From: Pseudomonadota bacterium
GTDB lineage: Bacteria > Pseudomonadota > Alphaproteobacteria > Rhodobacterales > Rhodobacteraceae
Length of the DNA: 64,000 bases
NCBI GenBank assembly: GCA_038526735.1
Contig: JBCBGM010000010.1
Coordinates: 494-64,493 of the forward strand
Direction of reading: 5' to 3'
Each line of letters begins with the position of its first letter. Within the stretch, counting starts at the first letter, position 1. The notes beneath the pieces were generated by a model. The model ran no database searches and was not told where the DNA came from. It was given only the letters and a program-made list of their open reading frames with translations. The translations under genes and the position numbers were made by a program. Shown here piece after piece: positions 31,517 to 42,446 of this stretch.

Positions 31517-32470
31517 ATGACCCAATCCGTTCTCATCCTTGGCGCCGGGGGCCGTTTTGGCCGCCACGCCACCACCGCTTTCACCCAAACCGGATGGGAG
31601 GTGCGCACGCCCCCGCGCGGCCCAGCCGGCGTCGATATCTTCGACCCCGCCTCTGTCACCCAGGCCGCGCGCGGTGTCGATGTGATCGTCAACGCCCTCA
31701 ACCCAGCCTACCCCGACTGGGCGCGTGATGTGCCCCGCCTCACCCAGAGTGTCATCACCGCCGCCGAGGCGACGGGCGCCCTCGTGATCGTTCCCGGCAA
31801 CATCTACCCCTACGGCGCGGGGATGCCGCCCTTGCTCACAAGCACCACAGCCCACGCCCCCACCACCCGCAAAGGCCAGATCCGCACCGATATGGAAGAG
31901 GCCTACCGCGCCTCAAACGCGCGCTGCCTGATCCTGCGCGCGGGCGATTTTCTCGACGTGAAAGACAGCGGCAACTGGTTTGAAAGCCACATCGCCAAAG
32001 CCGCCCCCAAAGGCCGCTTCGCCTACCCCGGCCCAACCGATCAACCCCACGCCTGGGCCTTCCTGCCCGACATGGCCCGCGCCGCCGAAGCGCTCGCCGC
32101 GCAGGCACACACCCTCCCCCGCTTCGCCGACGTCCCCTTCCCCGGCTACACCCTCACCGGAGAAGAGCTCCGCACCGCCGTCGAACACGTCCTTGGTCAC
32201 CCCGTCCGCCACACCGGATTTCCGTGGCGGATGCTGCGGCTGATGGCCCTCGTCAGCCCGCTCATGCGCGAGGTGCTAGAGATGCGTTATCTCTGGAATG
32301 TGCCCCACCAACTCGACGCAACACCACTGCAAGAGTTGCTGCCGACGTTCAAGCACACCCCGCTGGAAGGGGCCCTGCGCACCAGCCTCAGCCCTCACTC
32401 CAGCGTCACATCCACCCAAACCAGCCGATGGTCCGAGGCCGCATCGCGCCCCTCACCGAGCAGCTCATAA
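31517..32470 (+). CDS. NAD-dependent epimerase/dehydratase (SDR-like)
   Basis: ILGAGGRFG, PGNIYPYG, ILRAGDF, HAWAFLPD. Confidence 0.88.
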   Translation: MTQSVLILGAGGRFGRHATTAFTQTGWEVRTPPRGPAGVDIFDPASVTQAARGVDVIVNALNPAYPDWARDVPRLTQSVITAAEATGALVIVPGNIYPYGAGMPPLLTSTTAHAPTTRKGQIRTDMEEAYRASNARCLILRAGDFLDVKDSGNWFESHIAKAAPKGRFAYPGPTDQPHAWAFLPDMARAAEALAAQAHTLPRFADVPFPGYTLTGEELRTAVEHVLGHPVRHTGFPWRMLRLMALVSPLMREVLEMRYLWNVPHQLDATPLQELLPTFKHTPLEGALRTSLSPHSSVTSTQTSRWSEAASRPSPSSS

Positions 32471-33531
32471 CCCTGCGCACCGGGTGCGGGCCAAAACACG
32501 CCCGCATCCACCACCCTGAGCCGCGCATCAGGCAGCAAGTAATCGACGCGCAGGTTGCCCGGCCCGCGCGTGTCATTCCAATCCGCCGTGTCTTGCGCCG
32601 CCGGGCCTAGGTGCGCCGTATTCGCACCACCCTGCGCCTGCGCCGCCTCCTCAGAACCCGCGCTGCCCTGCGCCGGGTCCTGCAACCGCGGGTGCGTCAG
32701 CAATCCCTGCACCGCACTCAACCGCCCATCCCCATCAAACGGATCAGTGTTCAAATCGCCCAGCACCACGACCAAGCCCTCCGGCGCCGGTGCCTCCCGC
32801 CCCTGATCATCTGTCAGCGGCACACCATCTAAATACGCCGACCAAAACGCGACCTCGTCATGGTTGCGTCGCCCGTTGAAATCCTCCGGCCCGTCAAACA
32901 CCGGCGGCGTGGGGTGCGAGGCCAGCAGATGCACCCGCCCCAGCGGCGTCTCCACCACGACATCCCAATGCGCTTTTGACGACAGCCGCTGCACCTCCTC
33001 GCGATAACCTTCAAACCCCTCCGGTGGGATCGCCCCCGGAAACTCCGCCCACAAAAGCTCCGCAAAACTCCGGCTCGCAGCCGCATCAATCGGATACCGG
33101 CTCAACACCGCCATCCCATACTGCCCCGGAAAATGCCCAAACCCCTGCGCATCCCGCCGCCCCGTCGTGAACCCGTCGCCATCGAGATCAAACCCCGTCA
33201 GCACGCCTGTGTTCGGTGCGGGCGCATAGCCATAGACATACGATACCCCCTCCGCCCCCCGCTGCCCGTCCTCCAAAAGCCGCTGAAACGCGTCCAGCGC
33301 GCGCCCCTCCGGGTCATGGTCAAACTCGTTGAGCAGCAGAATATCCGGCCGCACCGTTTGGATGATCGCGGCCACGTTTTGGGTCTGTTCACGCGGATTT
33401 CGCTCCAACTCCGAGAGCAGCAACCCCGCACCGCTCCGGCTCAAACTGACATTGAACGTCGCGATCCGCAGCGTCTCCGCCACTGCCGCCTGCGAAAAGA
33501 GAACCAAGGCCAGCGCAACGGCCCAGCGCAT
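32395..33531 (-). CDS. Secreted endonuclease/exonuclease/phosphatase-family protein
   Basis: Signal peptide, IATFN, LLNEFD, GDLN, RVDY, SDHRLVW. Confidence 0.92.
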   Translation of the reverse strand: MRWAVALALVLFSQAAVAETLRIATFNVSLSRSGAGLLLSELERNPREQTQNVAAIIQTVRPDILLLNEFDHDPEGRALDAFQRLLEDGQRGAEGVSYVYGYAPAPNTGVLTGFDLDGDGFTTGRRDAQGFGHFPGQYGMAVLSRYPIDAAASRSFAELLWAEFPGAIPPEGFEGYREEVQRLSSKAHWDVVVETPLGRVHLLASHPTPPVFDGPEDFNGRRNHDEVAFWSAYLDGVPLTDDQGREAPAPEGLVVVLGDLNTDPFDGDGRLSAVQGLLTHPRLQDPAQGSAGSEEAAQAQGGANTAHLGPAAQDTADWNDTRGPGNLRVDYLLPDARLRVVDAGVFWPAPGAQGYELLGEGRDAASDHRLVWVDVTLE

Positions 33532-34361
33532 CAGTCGGTGCGCGCCCGGTCGATGAGCCACGCGATCTTGAGCATCGCCATCCCGCGAATGAAAATCACC
33601 ACCGGTAAAAACGCCCACAGCACACACCCCCAAATCAACGACTGGTAATTGGCCAGCGCCGCCGGATCGAACCACCCCCCCGAACGCGAGACAATCGCCA
33701 ACGTCGCGTAAGGCAGCGCCATCCCGACCATCACATTGATCAGCCCGCCGCGTCGCAACCGCCAGGAGACATCCTTGCCCACCGTAGGGTCAAATGTCGG
33801 CAGGTTAACCCAGAGGTTAAAGCTCTCCCGCTCCGCCGGCCACCGCAGCAGCCAGATGAACACGGTAAAGAACACCAGCCCCATCCCGCTGAGGATCAAG
33901 CTCATCGCCCCTGCACGCGAGACCAGCGCCACAAACGCCTCATCCCCACCACTCGCCACCAGCGCAATCGCCAGCGTCAGCGGTGAGAACTGAAAGCTCA
34001 GCAACGCCACCAACTGATCCGCAAAGGCCAAAAGCGCGCCCGCAAACGGGTCCACGCCTTCGGTCGCGCGGCACAGAAACAACAGCCCAATCACCACCAC
34101 CGAAAAGGTGAAAAACCGGAACCGGTTGTAAGGCGGCGCAAAGCGAAAATCGATCAGACCGGGCTGGGTCGATGCATACTCAAAGAGCGTAAACACCGCC
34201 ACGAGCGCGCCCATAATCAGCGAAATCTCCTGCCCCGTGCGCGAGGCACCGGGCAACAAAAACGCAGGGGCGGCGATGATTACGATCACCATAATGGCGC
34301 GCGCTAAGGCATTGATAACCCGGATTGTTCCAGATGCCCGCCGTCGCGAAATTCGCGCCAT
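33531..34361 (-). CDS. Conserved hypothetical membrane protein
   Basis: Multiple TM segments, EYAS..PGLIDFRFAPPYNR, FNLWVNLPTFDP. Confidence 0.8.
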   Translation of the reverse strand: MARISRRRASGTIRVINALARAIMVIVIIAAPAFLLPGASRTGQEISLIMGALVAVFTLFEYASTQPGLIDFRFAPPYNRFRFFTFSVVVIGLLFLCRATEGVDPFAGALLAFADQLVALLSFQFSPLTLAIALVASGGDEAFVALVSRAGAMSLILSGMGLVFFTVFIWLLRWPAERESFNLWVNLPTFDPTVGKDVSWRLRRGGLINVMVGMALPYATLAIVSRSGGWFDPAALANYQSLIWGCVLWAFLPVVIFIRGMAMLKIAWLIDRARTD

Positions 34362-34399
34362 AGATGACCCCCACGATCATGACTCTCGCGACAGGATAA

Positions 34400-35005
34400 C
34401 TAGCTCCAGGGCATTCGGATAGCGTAATCCGCTTCAAAGCTGTCAATTGCGGCTGATTTTTCGAGGGTCAGCCCAATGTCATCGAGACCATTGAGCAGGC
34501 AATGCTTGCGGAACGGCTCCACATCAAAAGCGACGGTTTGCCCATCGGGGCGGCTGATCTCTTGGCGCTCCAGATCGACCGTCAGCACCGCATTCGCGCC
34601 GTTCTCCGCATCCCCCATCAACGCCTCAACCTGCTCTTGCGGCAACACAATTGGCAGGATGCCGTTCTTGAAGCAGTTGTTGAAAAAGATGTCGGCGAAC
34701 GAGGTCGAGATCACACAGCGGATCCCAAAATCCGCCAGCGCCCAGGGCGCATGCTCCCGGCTGGAGCCACAGCCAAAATTATCCCCCGCCACGATGATCT
34801 TCGCCTCGCGATAGGCGGGGCGGTTAAGCACGAAGTCGGCAATCTCGTTGCCCTCGCGATCAAAACGCATCTCATCAAACAGATTCACCCCAAGCCCCGA
34901 TCGCTTGATGGTTTTCAGAAACTGCTTGGGGATGATCATATCCGTATCGATATTGACCAAGGGCATCGGCGCCGCGACGCCCGTCAGTTTGGTAAATTTA
35001 TCCAT
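34400..35005 (-). CDS. leuD: 3-isopropylmalate dehydratase small subunit
   Basis: [28 protein letters not shown]; RBS AAGGAG. Confidence 0.98.
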   Translation of the reverse strand: MDKFTKLTGVAAPMPLVNIDTDMIIPKQFLKTIKRSGLGVNLFDEMRFDREGNEIADFVLNRPAYREAKIIVAGDNFGCGSSREHAPWALADFGIRCVISTSFADIFFNNCFKNGILPIVLPQEQVEALMGDAENGANAVLTVDLERQEISRPDGQTVAFDVEPFRKHCLLNGLDDIGLTLEKSAAIDSFEADYAIRMPWS

Positions 35006-35056
35006 CTTATCTCTCCTTAACTTGACTTTAAGCCGTCAATCGCCAAGTATGGTCTC

Positions 35057-35118
35057 GGGCTGGACTTTATTCGGTCGGCGGAAGGCTGCTGGTTTTATCG
35101 GTGGCCTTTTTGCTTTTT
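35057..35118 (+). ncRNA. Candidate DUF3800-associated structured RNA, antisense to the 3' end of the gene
   Basis: Hairpins GGCUGGA/UUCGGUC and AAGGCUGCUGGU/AUCGGUGGCCUU pair fully only on this strand (G-U wobbles), followed by a U-rich tail; TTGACT-N17-AAGTAT upstream. Confidence 0.6.
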
Positions 35119-35849
35119 GGGAAGCGTTTAACCCACCAAGTCACTTTGCTCGCGATAGCGTCGTACGCACGATTTGATTGGTTGGGGCGGAGATATTGCA
35201 GGCCAACGGGGCGAGCAATTAGATCGGCCAATTGCAATCCACTCGAGTTGGAGCGTTTGTCACAAAAACGAATATTCCAGGTGAATTTCGTTAGCAGAGT
35301 TCGCTGGTTCGAAGGGAGCGGGGGTTGTCCGTCCACGATTCTCCGAAAAACCAGTTCAGGCTCATTATCTTCCTTCGTCCCTCGTGACTCCGCAATGACA
35401 TGAACCGTTCTGCCGATCTGCCCATTGTCTCTCAGCGTCAGAGCAAGATGTTCGAGAGTGAACTGTAAGCTCAGTTCGTATGGCGACATCGGAGCGGGAT
35501 ACTGATCTCGGAGCTTCGCCTTGTCGATTACAGCGGCTGCAATATCAAAATTGAACTCTTTGACTAGATCAGTGATCTCATCAAGAAATTTTTTTCGTAA
35601 GCTCTTGTCTAACCTAAGCGCAGTAAAATCTCCGCTCTGTCGCCTAATATCTCTTTCATGAAAAATTACTTGGTCATGCCCAAAGTACTCAAACTTTAGC
35701 CGCTGCAAACGGGGCACCATAACGTCTGCGTAGTGCCCTTTTGAAATACAAACGCAAACCAAGACAAAGATTGGAAAATCATCTTGATCTGCGTCCAGTT
35801 GTGGCGACCCGCTCTCGTCCAGATAGACGATGTAATCGGAGAAGGACAT
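35067..35849 (-). CDS. DUF3800-domain protein inserted between leuC and leuD
   Basis: YIVYLDESG, FHERDIRR, ESRG, SSGLQLADLIARP; AT-richer than its neighbours. Confidence 0.88.
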   Translation of the reverse strand: MSFSDYIVYLDESGSPQLDADQDDFPIFVLVCVCISKGHYADVMVPRLQRLKFEYFGHDQVIFHERDIRRQSGDFTALRLDKSLRKKFLDEITDLVKEFNFDIAAAVIDKAKLRDQYPAPMSPYELSLQFTLEHLALTLRDNGQIGRTVHVIAESRGTKEDNEPELVFRRIVDGQPPLPSNQRTLLTKFTWNIRFCDKRSNSSGLQLADLIARPVGLQYLRPNQSNRAYDAIASKVTWWVKRFPKSKKATDKTSSLPPTE

Positions 35850-35854
35850 CCGAC

Positions 35855-37258
35855 CTACAAATCCCTCACATCCGTCAAACGCCCGGTCACCGCAGCGGCG
35901 GCGGCCATGGCGGGGCTCATGAGGTGGGTGCGGCCCTTGTAGCCCTGCCGCCCCTCAAAGTTCCGGTTCGAAGTGGAGGCACACCGCTCACCCGGTGCGA
36001 GTTGGTCGGGGTTCATGCCCAGGCACATCGAGCAGCCCGCCATGCGCCACTCAAAGCCCGCTTCTTGCAACTGCTGCGCGATGCCCTCTTCCTCAGCCTG
36101 CAAACGCACAAGGCCCGAGCCCGGCACGATCATCGCCCGCACGCCGTCCTTGACCTTGCGGCCCTCCATCACCTTGGCGACCTCGCGTAGGTCCTCGATC
36201 CGGCCATTGGTGCAAGAGCCGATAAACACCGTGTCGATCGAAACATCTTGCAGGCGCGTGCCCGGTGTGAGGCCCATATACTCCAACGAGCGCTGTGCCG
36301 CGCCGACCTTGCCGCCGTCAAAATCCTCCGCCGCCGGAACCATCCCGGTGATCGGCAGCACATCCTCAGGGCTGGTGCCCCAAGTCACCACCGGCGCGAT
36401 ATCCTCGCCCCGCAGGGTCAGCACCTTGTCAAACTGCGCGCCCTCATCGGTGTAGAGCGTCTTCCAGTAGGCAACCGCAGCCTCCCAGCTCGCCCCTTTC
36501 GGCGCTTTCGGGCGTCCGCGCACATAGTCAAACGTGGTGGCATCGGGCGCGATCAACCCCGCACGTGCGCCGCCTTCGATGGCCATGTTGCACACCGTCA
36601 TGCGCCCCTCCATCGAGAGGGCCTCGATCACGTCACCGCAATATTCAATCACATAGCCGGTGCCGCCCGCGGTGCCCGTCGCGCCGATGATCGAGAGCGT
36701 GACATCCTTCGCCGTCACTCCCGGCGCAAGCGCACCGGTGACCTCGACCTTCATGTTCTTGGATTTCTTCTGGATCAGCGTCTGCGTGGCGAGCACATGC
36801 TCCACCTCAGACGTGCCGATCCCATGCGCCAGCGCACCAAACGCACCGTGGGTGGCAGTGTGACTGTCACCGCAGACAATGGTCATGCCAGGCTGCGTCC
36901 AGCCCTGCTCTGGCCCGATGATATGGACAATCCCCTGCCGCACGTCATCGACGCCGTAATACTCCACGCCAAAGTCCTTGGCGTTCTTCTCCAACGCCTC
37001 GACCTGAATGCGCGACATCTCATCATCGATGCCTTTTTCGCGGTCGGTGGTGGTCGGAACGTTGTGATCCGGCGTCGCGATGGTCTTATGCGGCGCGCGC
37101 ACCGGGCGACCAGCCATCCGCAACCCTTCAAAGGCCTGCGGGCTTGTCACCTCATGCACAAGGTGACGGTCAATATAGAGAAGGCACGTGCCATCCTCAG
37201 ACTCGTCAACCACATGGGCATCCCAGATTTTATCATAGAGTGTCTTTGGAGCGGACAT
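35855..37258 (-). CDS. leuC: 3-isopropylmalate dehydratase large subunit
   Basis: [40 protein letters not shown]. Confidence 0.98.
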   Translation of the reverse strand: MSAPKTLYDKIWDAHVVDESEDGTCLLYIDRHLVHEVTSPQAFEGLRMAGRPVRAPHKTIATPDHNVPTTTDREKGIDDEMSRIQVEALEKNAKDFGVEYYGVDDVRQGIVHIIGPEQGWTQPGMTIVCGDSHTATHGAFGALAHGIGTSEVEHVLATQTLIQKKSKNMKVEVTGALAPGVTAKDVTLSIIGATGTAGGTGYVIEYCGDVIEALSMEGRMTVCNMAIEGGARAGLIAPDATTFDYVRGRPKAPKGASWEAAVAYWKTLYTDEGAQFDKVLTLRGEDIAPVVTWGTSPEDVLPITGMVPAAEDFDGGKVGAAQRSLEYMGLTPGTRLQDVSIDTVFIGSCTNGRIEDLREVAKVMEGRKVKDGVRAMIVPGSGLVRLQAEEEGIAQQLQEAGFEWRMAGCSMCLGMNPDQLAPGERCASTSNRNFEGRQGYKGRTHLMSPAMAAAAAVTGRLTDVRDL

Positions 37259-37305
37259 TTCAGTCTCCGTCGCATCAATTGGTCAGGGGTGGGCGGCGGC
37301 GGCCC

Positions 37306-37404
37306 TCAACCCAGTGCAACATGGCACAGAAACTGCCCATAGAACCGCGACGGAAGGCGATCGCGATCCGTCAGGTTGGGTGTATGCAGAGCATTCCGTG
37401 CCAT
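37306..37404 (-). CDS. Putative leuC leader peptide (32 aa)
   Basis: MARNALHTPNLTDRDRLPSRFYGQFLCHVALG*, ending 47 nt before the leuC ATG. Confidence 0.55.
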   Translation of the reverse strand: MARNALHTPNLTDRDRLPSRFYGQFLCHVALG

Positions 37405-37449
37405 AATCAGACGGATGTAGCGCCAGCAGCGAATACGCGCAAGAGAGGG

Positions 37450-38517
37450 CTACTCTCCCAGCGCCGCCGCCATCTCGGCCGAGGCCTCACCCATCACGCC
37501 GCGCACGCACTGATCGATCACCTGATTGGAGGCGAGGCTGCGCTCCTCCAGCGCGATCATCCAACGCGTGAGGCTGCCCACAGCGCGCGGAGAGGTCTGA
37601 AACTCCGCCTGGCTGATCACCCCTTCAAACGGCGTGTCGAGAAAGGTCAGCCGGTCATAGCCACCGACCCGCGTGATAATCTCCAACGCGCAAAAGCCCT
37701 TGGTTGCCGGACATTTCTGATCACAAAACGCGTTAACAGACGCCAGTACCGGATCAACCTCCATTTGCTCTTTCAAAACACTCGCCGCAGAGGCGAGTTG
37801 ACCGTTCTCAAACAGCTGATCAGGGGTACCGCGCATCGCGAGAATAAAATTCCGCAGGTCAGGACCAGGCTTGAGATGCGGCGCCAGGACCGGCGCCACA
37901 AAGTTCACCATCATCAGCCCAGAAGAGCGACCTGGCGCGGGTGTTTCATCGAGCCAGGTCCAGGCGTTCGGCCCAGGCGGGTTGCCAAAATAGGTCCGCA
38001 TCCAGGCCACAAAATCGAGGCCCTCAATCAGCGGGTCATCGGGCGCGAGGTTCAGGATTTCCCCGAAATTCCCGCGATCAAAAATCTCAAACGCGAGCCG
38101 TTCGCCGGCCTCGCGCTCCCCCTGCCCGTAGAGAAACTGCGCCGTATCAATCCCCGCATCCGGCAAGCGCGAGATCATCAGCGCCGCCGCAAGTTCATCT
38201 CCATCGCGTTGCCGCATCACCGTCCAGGATGTGCCCGACAGCCCTTTCGGCGCACGCAAGAGAGAGATCCGCGCGCGACGGTCCAACCCGCGCACAAACG
38301 CCGAATCGGCACCCGGAGGGGTCACCCGCTCGATTTGGCCCAGCACAAACTGCGCATCCCGATCACCGAGGTTCGCGAGGGCCGCGAGCAGCGGCAGCGC
38401 CGTCTCGTCATCATCGGCGAGCCACGCTTTTACAGCATCGTCAAGCATTTGCGCCTGAGCGGTTGAGGCGAAAATCAACGAAACGGCAGCAAACAGGCTT
38501 ATCAGGAATCGGCGCAT
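37450..38517 (-). CDS. Hypothetical secreted alpha-helical protein
   Basis: Signal peptide MRRFLISLFAAVSLIFASTAQA; RBS GGAGG; Cys cluster near the C-terminus. Confidence 0.75.
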   Translation of the reverse strand: MRRFLISLFAAVSLIFASTAQAQMLDDAVKAWLADDDETALPLLAALANLGDRDAQFVLGQIERVTPPGADSAFVRGLDRRARISLLRAPKGLSGTSWTVMRQRDGDELAAALMISRLPDAGIDTAQFLYGQGEREAGERLAFEIFDRGNFGEILNLAPDDPLIEGLDFVAWMRTYFGNPPGPNAWTWLDETPAPGRSSGLMMVNFVAPVLAPHLKPGPDLRNFILAMRGTPDQLFENGQLASAASVLKEQMEVDPVLASVNAFCDQKCPATKGFCALEIITRVGGYDRLTFLDTPFEGVISQAEFQTSPRAVGSLTRWMIALEERSLASNQVIDQCVRGVMGEASAEMAAALGE

Positions 38518-38605
38518 GGGGACCTCCGGGGATGTGCAACCGTAAAGCGAATCTTGCGGCGCACAACACCCCGTTTCTATATGTCGAAAGAACGCGGTTC
38601 TCGCC

Positions 38606-39187
38606 CTAGCGAAACTGGTTCGCCCGCTCCCCTACTTGCGCTTTTTGCGCGGTGTCCAAGATGCGCTTCGCCCGCGTCTCGGGCCGTTTCGCGGTCTTGA
38701 TCCACTCCAAAACCCCCCGCTTCACCGAGCGCGGAAACGCCTCCCACTCCGCCGCTGCCGGTGGGTGCTGTGCAAAGGCTGCCAACAAATCCGGCGGCAC
38801 CTCCAACCGTTCCACATCATCCAGGAAAGACCACTGCCCATTCGCCTTCGCCGCCTCGATCTTGGCCAGCCCAGCAGGCGTCATCGCGCCCGAGGCAATC
38901 GCCCGCGCCACATGCGCCTTGTTGATCGCCGACCAGGCCGAGGTGATCTTGCGCTGAGAGATCAGCAGCATCGTGCGATCCTCATCGAGCCGCCGCGTCA
39001 CGCTGTCGATCCAGCCCCAGCAGAGCAACTCCTCAACCATCGGCTCATACGCGAGATAATCGGAATGGTGCTTCTTAAACGTCACCAGCCACACCGACGG
39101 AGATGTCTCGTGATGCGCCGCAAGCCAGTCCCGAAGGGCCGCCCGACTGCGCACCTCCACCCGTTCGGCATTGTCCGCAGCACCCAT
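38606..39187 (-). CDS. YdeI/OmpD-associated family protein
   Basis: LCWGWIDS, WSAINK, MTPAG, AKRPETRAKR. Confidence 0.9.
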   Translation of the reverse strand: MGAADNAERVEVRSRAALRDWLAAHHETSPSVWLVTFKKHHSDYLAYEPMVEELLCWGWIDSVTRRLDEDRTMLLISQRKITSAWSAINKAHVARAIASGAMTPAGLAKIEAAKANGQWSFLDDVERLEVPPDLLAAFAQHPPAAAEWEAFPRSVKRGVLEWIKTAKRPETRAKRILDTAQKAQVGERANQFR

Positions 39188-39205
39188 CGCCCTCTCCTCT
39201 CACCC

Positions 39206-39739
39206 TTATCCTACCGCGCGCCACGCCCCCGGGGCCAGCCCCTCAACCGTCCACTCCCCAATCGACCAGCGCACCAGCCGCAACGTCGGATGCCCCACCG
39301 CCGCCGTCATCCGCCGCACTTGCCGATTGCGCCCCTCAGCGATCGTCAGCTCGATCCACGTATCGGGCACCGTCTTGCGAAACCGCACCGGCGGGTCGCG
39401 CTCCCACAGGTCTGGCGGCGCGATCACCCGCACCTTCGCGGGCCGCGTCGGCCCATCCTTCAAGGTCACACCTTCGCGCAACGCCTCCAGCGCCGCCGCG
39501 TTTGGCTCCCCCTCCACCTGCACAAGATAGGTCTTCGGCGCCTTGTGCTTCGGGTGCGTCAGCCGCGCTTGCAACCGCCCATCATCCGTGAGCAGCAACA
39601 GCCCCTCACTATCGCGATCCAACCGCCCCGCCGCATAGACGCCGGGCAAGTCGATATACTCCGACAACCCCGGCCAGCCGCCCTCAGAGGTGAACTGCGA
39701 GAGCACATTCATCGGCTTGTTAAACGCAATCAGTGTCAC
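39206..39739 (-). CDS. rluE: rRNA pseudouridine synthase (RluE/RsuA family)
   Basis: [29 protein letters not shown]; GTG start overlapping the upstream stop. Confidence 0.9.
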   Translation of the reverse strand: MTLIAFNKPMNVLSQFTSEGGWPGLSEYIDLPGVYAAGRLDRDSEGLLLLTDDGRLQARLTHPKHKAPKTYLVQVEGEPNAAALEALREGVTLKDGPTRPAKVRVIAPPDLWERDPPVRFRKTVPDTWIELTIAEGRNRQVRRMTAAVGHPTLRLVRWSIGEWTVEGLAPGAWRAVG

Positions 39740-40089
39740 GCCTGCCCGGCATCCCACGCCGTCAAAAACCGCTTCGGCGCCTGCGCCCGCCAGGTAGCCA
39801 TCAGCCGCGCGGTGGCCCAAGCCTCATCAATTCGCCCCGCCGCCACCAGCAAAAGCCCGTGGTTGCGGTAATGATCATGCCACAAGAACGTCGCCGGATC
39901 AGCGGCGATCAACGCCTCCCGCTCCTCAAGAGTGCCCTTGAAAATCGCCGCATCCACATAGGGCGACCACCAGCACCAGAGCTTGCCATGCGCCTTGAGC
40001 ACCGGATTGCCCCAGGAGGTCGCATCCACCACCTCCGGCAGGCCGAGCCCCAGCGCAAACGCCCGCAGCCCGGCCCAGTCGGAGATCAT
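39736..40089 (-). CDS. MmcQ/YjbR-family protein
   Basis: [22 protein letters not shown]...HY. Confidence 0.75.
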   Translation of the reverse strand: MISDWAGLRAFALGLGLPEVVDATSWGNPVLKAHGKLWCWWSPYVDAAIFKGTLEEREALIAADPATFLWHDHYRNHGLLLVAAGRIDEAWATARLMATWRAQAPKRFLTAWDAGQA

Positions 40090-41666
40090 CCGCCCAACTC
40101 GCCAGCAAGGCCCGCATCGATCAAAGCGACAGTCTCTGCCACCCCATAAAGCGCGATAAACCCACCGAACCGAGGCCCCTGCGACGCGCCCAAAAGCACC
40201 TCATAGATCGCCTTGAACCAGTCGCGCAGCGGCTCAAACCCATGCGCCTTGCCGACCGCAAACACCTCTGACTGGAGCGCTTCGGCATCCGTGCCACCCT
40301 CCCACGCCGCCAGCCGGTCGCGCAGGTCAGCAAGCGCCGCGCGCTCCTGCTCAGAGGGCGCGCGGAACACCTTCGCGGGTTTCACGAAGTCTTGAAAATA
40401 GGCCACCGCGAACCCTGCCGCAGCATCCAGCCCCGGATGGCTCTCCGGAGAGGCCTCCGGCGCGTACCGGCGGATAAAGCCCCAAAGGGTCTCTTTATCC
40501 TCTGCCGACGCGGCCGAGGCGAGGTTGAGCAGCATCGCGAACGGCACCACCATGTCCGAGGCCGGTACCTCCGCCCCATGCATATGAAACACCGGGTTTG
40601 CGAGGCGCTGCGCAGGCTCCTGATCGACATACCCCCGCAAATGCTGATGATACTCATCCACCGCCTTCGGGATCACATCGAAATACAGCCGCTTCGCCGT
40701 TTTCGGCTTTTGGAACATGAAGAGCTGCAAACTCTCAGGCGCGGCATACCGCAGCCACTCCTCCATCGAGATGCCATTGCCCTTCGACTTTGAGATCTTC
40801 TGCCCGTTCTCGTCGTTAAAGAGTTCATAAGACAGCGACTCCGGCGCCGGCTGCCCCAGCGCCCGGCAGATCTTTGACGACTGCGTGACCGAGTCGATCA
40901 GGTCTTTGCCCGACATCTCATAATCCACACCCAAGGCCGCCCAACGCATCGCCCAATCCGGCTTCCACTGCATTTTGACATTGCCGCCGGTGACCGGGAT
41001 TTCTACCCGCTCGCCATCCGGCTCTTCATACACGATCGTACCCTTAGAGACGTTTCGCTCAAGCGTCGGGACCTGCAACACATGCCCGGTCTTGGGACTG
41101 ATCGGCAAAAAGCACGAATAGGTCGCCTGCCGCTCGGCGCCGAGCGTCGGAAGCATGATCTCCTGAATTTTATCAAACCGCTCCAGCGCGGTCAGCAACA
41201 TCTCGTCAAACCGGCCCGACTGATACACTTCGGTCGATGAGGCAAACTCATACTCAAACCCATACTCATCCAAAAACGCCTGCAGCCGCGCGTTGTTATG
41301 CTCCCCGAAAGAGCCATGCGTGCCAAACGGATCGCGCACCTTCGTGAGCGGCAGATTGAGGTCTTCAGCCAGCATCTCTTTGTTCGGAACATTGCCCGGC
41401 ACTTTGCGCAGACCATCGAGATCATCCGAAAAGCAAATGAGCTTTGTGGGGATGTCAGAGATCACCTCAAACGCCTGCCGCACCATCGTTGTGCGCGCGA
41501 CCTCTCCGAACGTGCCAATGTGGGGCAGGCCCGAGGGGCCATAGCCGGTCTCAAACAGCACATAGCCCTTGGCGGGGGGCGTTTTCTCCACCCGTTTGAG
41601 CAGTTTGCGCGCCTCCTCAAAGGGCCAGGCCTTCGACGCCATCCCAAGCTCGCGCAAATCGCTCAT
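40086..41666 (-). CDS. lysS: Class I lysine--tRNA ligase
   Basis: [36 protein letters not shown]. Confidence 0.97.
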   Translation of the reverse strand: MSDLRELGMASKAWPFEEARKLLKRVEKTPPAKGYVLFETGYGPSGLPHIGTFGEVARTTMVRQAFEVISDIPTKLICFSDDLDGLRKVPGNVPNKEMLAEDLNLPLTKVRDPFGTHGSFGEHNNARLQAFLDEYGFEYEFASSTEVYQSGRFDEMLLTALERFDKIQEIMLPTLGAERQATYSCFLPISPKTGHVLQVPTLERNVSKGTIVYEEPDGERVEIPVTGGNVKMQWKPDWAMRWAALGVDYEMSGKDLIDSVTQSSKICRALGQPAPESLSYELFNDENGQKISKSKGNGISMEEWLRYAAPESLQLFMFQKPKTAKRLYFDVIPKAVDEYHQHLRGYVDQEPAQRLANPVFHMHGAEVPASDMVVPFAMLLNLASAASAEDKETLWGFIRRYAPEASPESHPGLDAAAGFAVAYFQDFVKPAKVFRAPSEQERAALADLRDRLAAWEGGTDAEALQSEVFAVGKAHGFEPLRDWFKAIYEVLLGASQGPRFGGFIALYGVAETVALIDAGLAGELGG

Positions 41667-41776
41667 CTGTTTTATCCTTCACGATAGTGTCGCAGCACCC
41701 ATGCTGCGCTGGAGTGGCGTATTGCGAGTGGGGGGAGCGGTCAATATATCCACTGCCGCAACCCTAGGAGCACCCT

Positions 41777-42202
41777 ATGACCGACGCCGCCCCTTTCAGC
41801 CCCGAAGACGCCCTCGTGGCTGTGATGTTCGCGACGTCTGCCGCTGACCAGCAACTCTCGGACAGTGAGATCAGCACGATCGAGCGGCTGGTGTCAGTGC
41901 TGCCCGCATTCGCCTCTTATGACCCATCACGCATCCCGGCGGTGTTTCAGAACGTGTTTGCCCTGTTCGACCAGGATGACGGCATCGACACGCTGGTCGG
42001 GCTGGTAAAGTCGTCCCTACCCCCGGGCCTCAACGAGACTGCCTATGCCCTGGCCTGCGACGTCGCCGCCGCGGATGGGTCCGTTGCCATGGAAGAGCTT
42101 CGACTGTTGGAAATCCTCCGCCAAGACCTCGAAGTCGACCGCCTCGCCGCCGCAGCCATCGAACGCGGCGCCCGAGCAAGACACCGGAAAGTGCCGGTGT
42201 AA
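41777..42202 (+). CDS. TerB-family (tellurite resistance-like) protein
   Basis: SAAD, ETAYALACDVAAADG, AAAIERGARAR. Confidence 0.88.
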   Translation: MTDAAPFSPEDALVAVMFATSAADQQLSDSEISTIERLVSVLPAFASYDPSRIPAVFQNVFALFDQDDGIDTLVGLVKSSLPPGLNETAYALACDVAAADGSVAMEELRLLEILRQDLEVDRLAAAAIERGARARHRKVPV

Positions 42203-42213
42203 ATAGAGGTCTC

Positions 42214-42438
42214 GCCCCGGGCCTGACCCGGGGCCTCGAAGGACTGGACGAGCGAGAGGCCGCGCCCTCCCTCGGGTGGGCGTTCATGAGCGCTGAGTTG
42301 CTCAGTTTATTTCTCAAGACTGCATTTGGTTTGTTCAACTAGGACCGTTGCTTAAACGCCCTCCCATGGGGGAGGGAGGGCGTGGCCGGAGGCTGGCCGC
42401 CTCCGGCTGGGCTCGTCCCGGGCCTGACCCGGGCCCTC
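42214..42438. repeat. Composite palindromic repeat: REP - hairpin module - REP
   Basis: REP-like GCCCCGGGCCTGACCCGGGGCCTC at 42214 and a variant at 42415, flanking hairpins related to those at 48197-48796. Confidence 0.8.
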
Positions 42439-42446
42439 ACAAAACC

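Noticed and set aside
32395-32470. 76-bp convergent overlap between the epimerase and EEP genes
   Set aside because: Most simply a low-complexity C-terminal extension after stop loss, with no sign of function.
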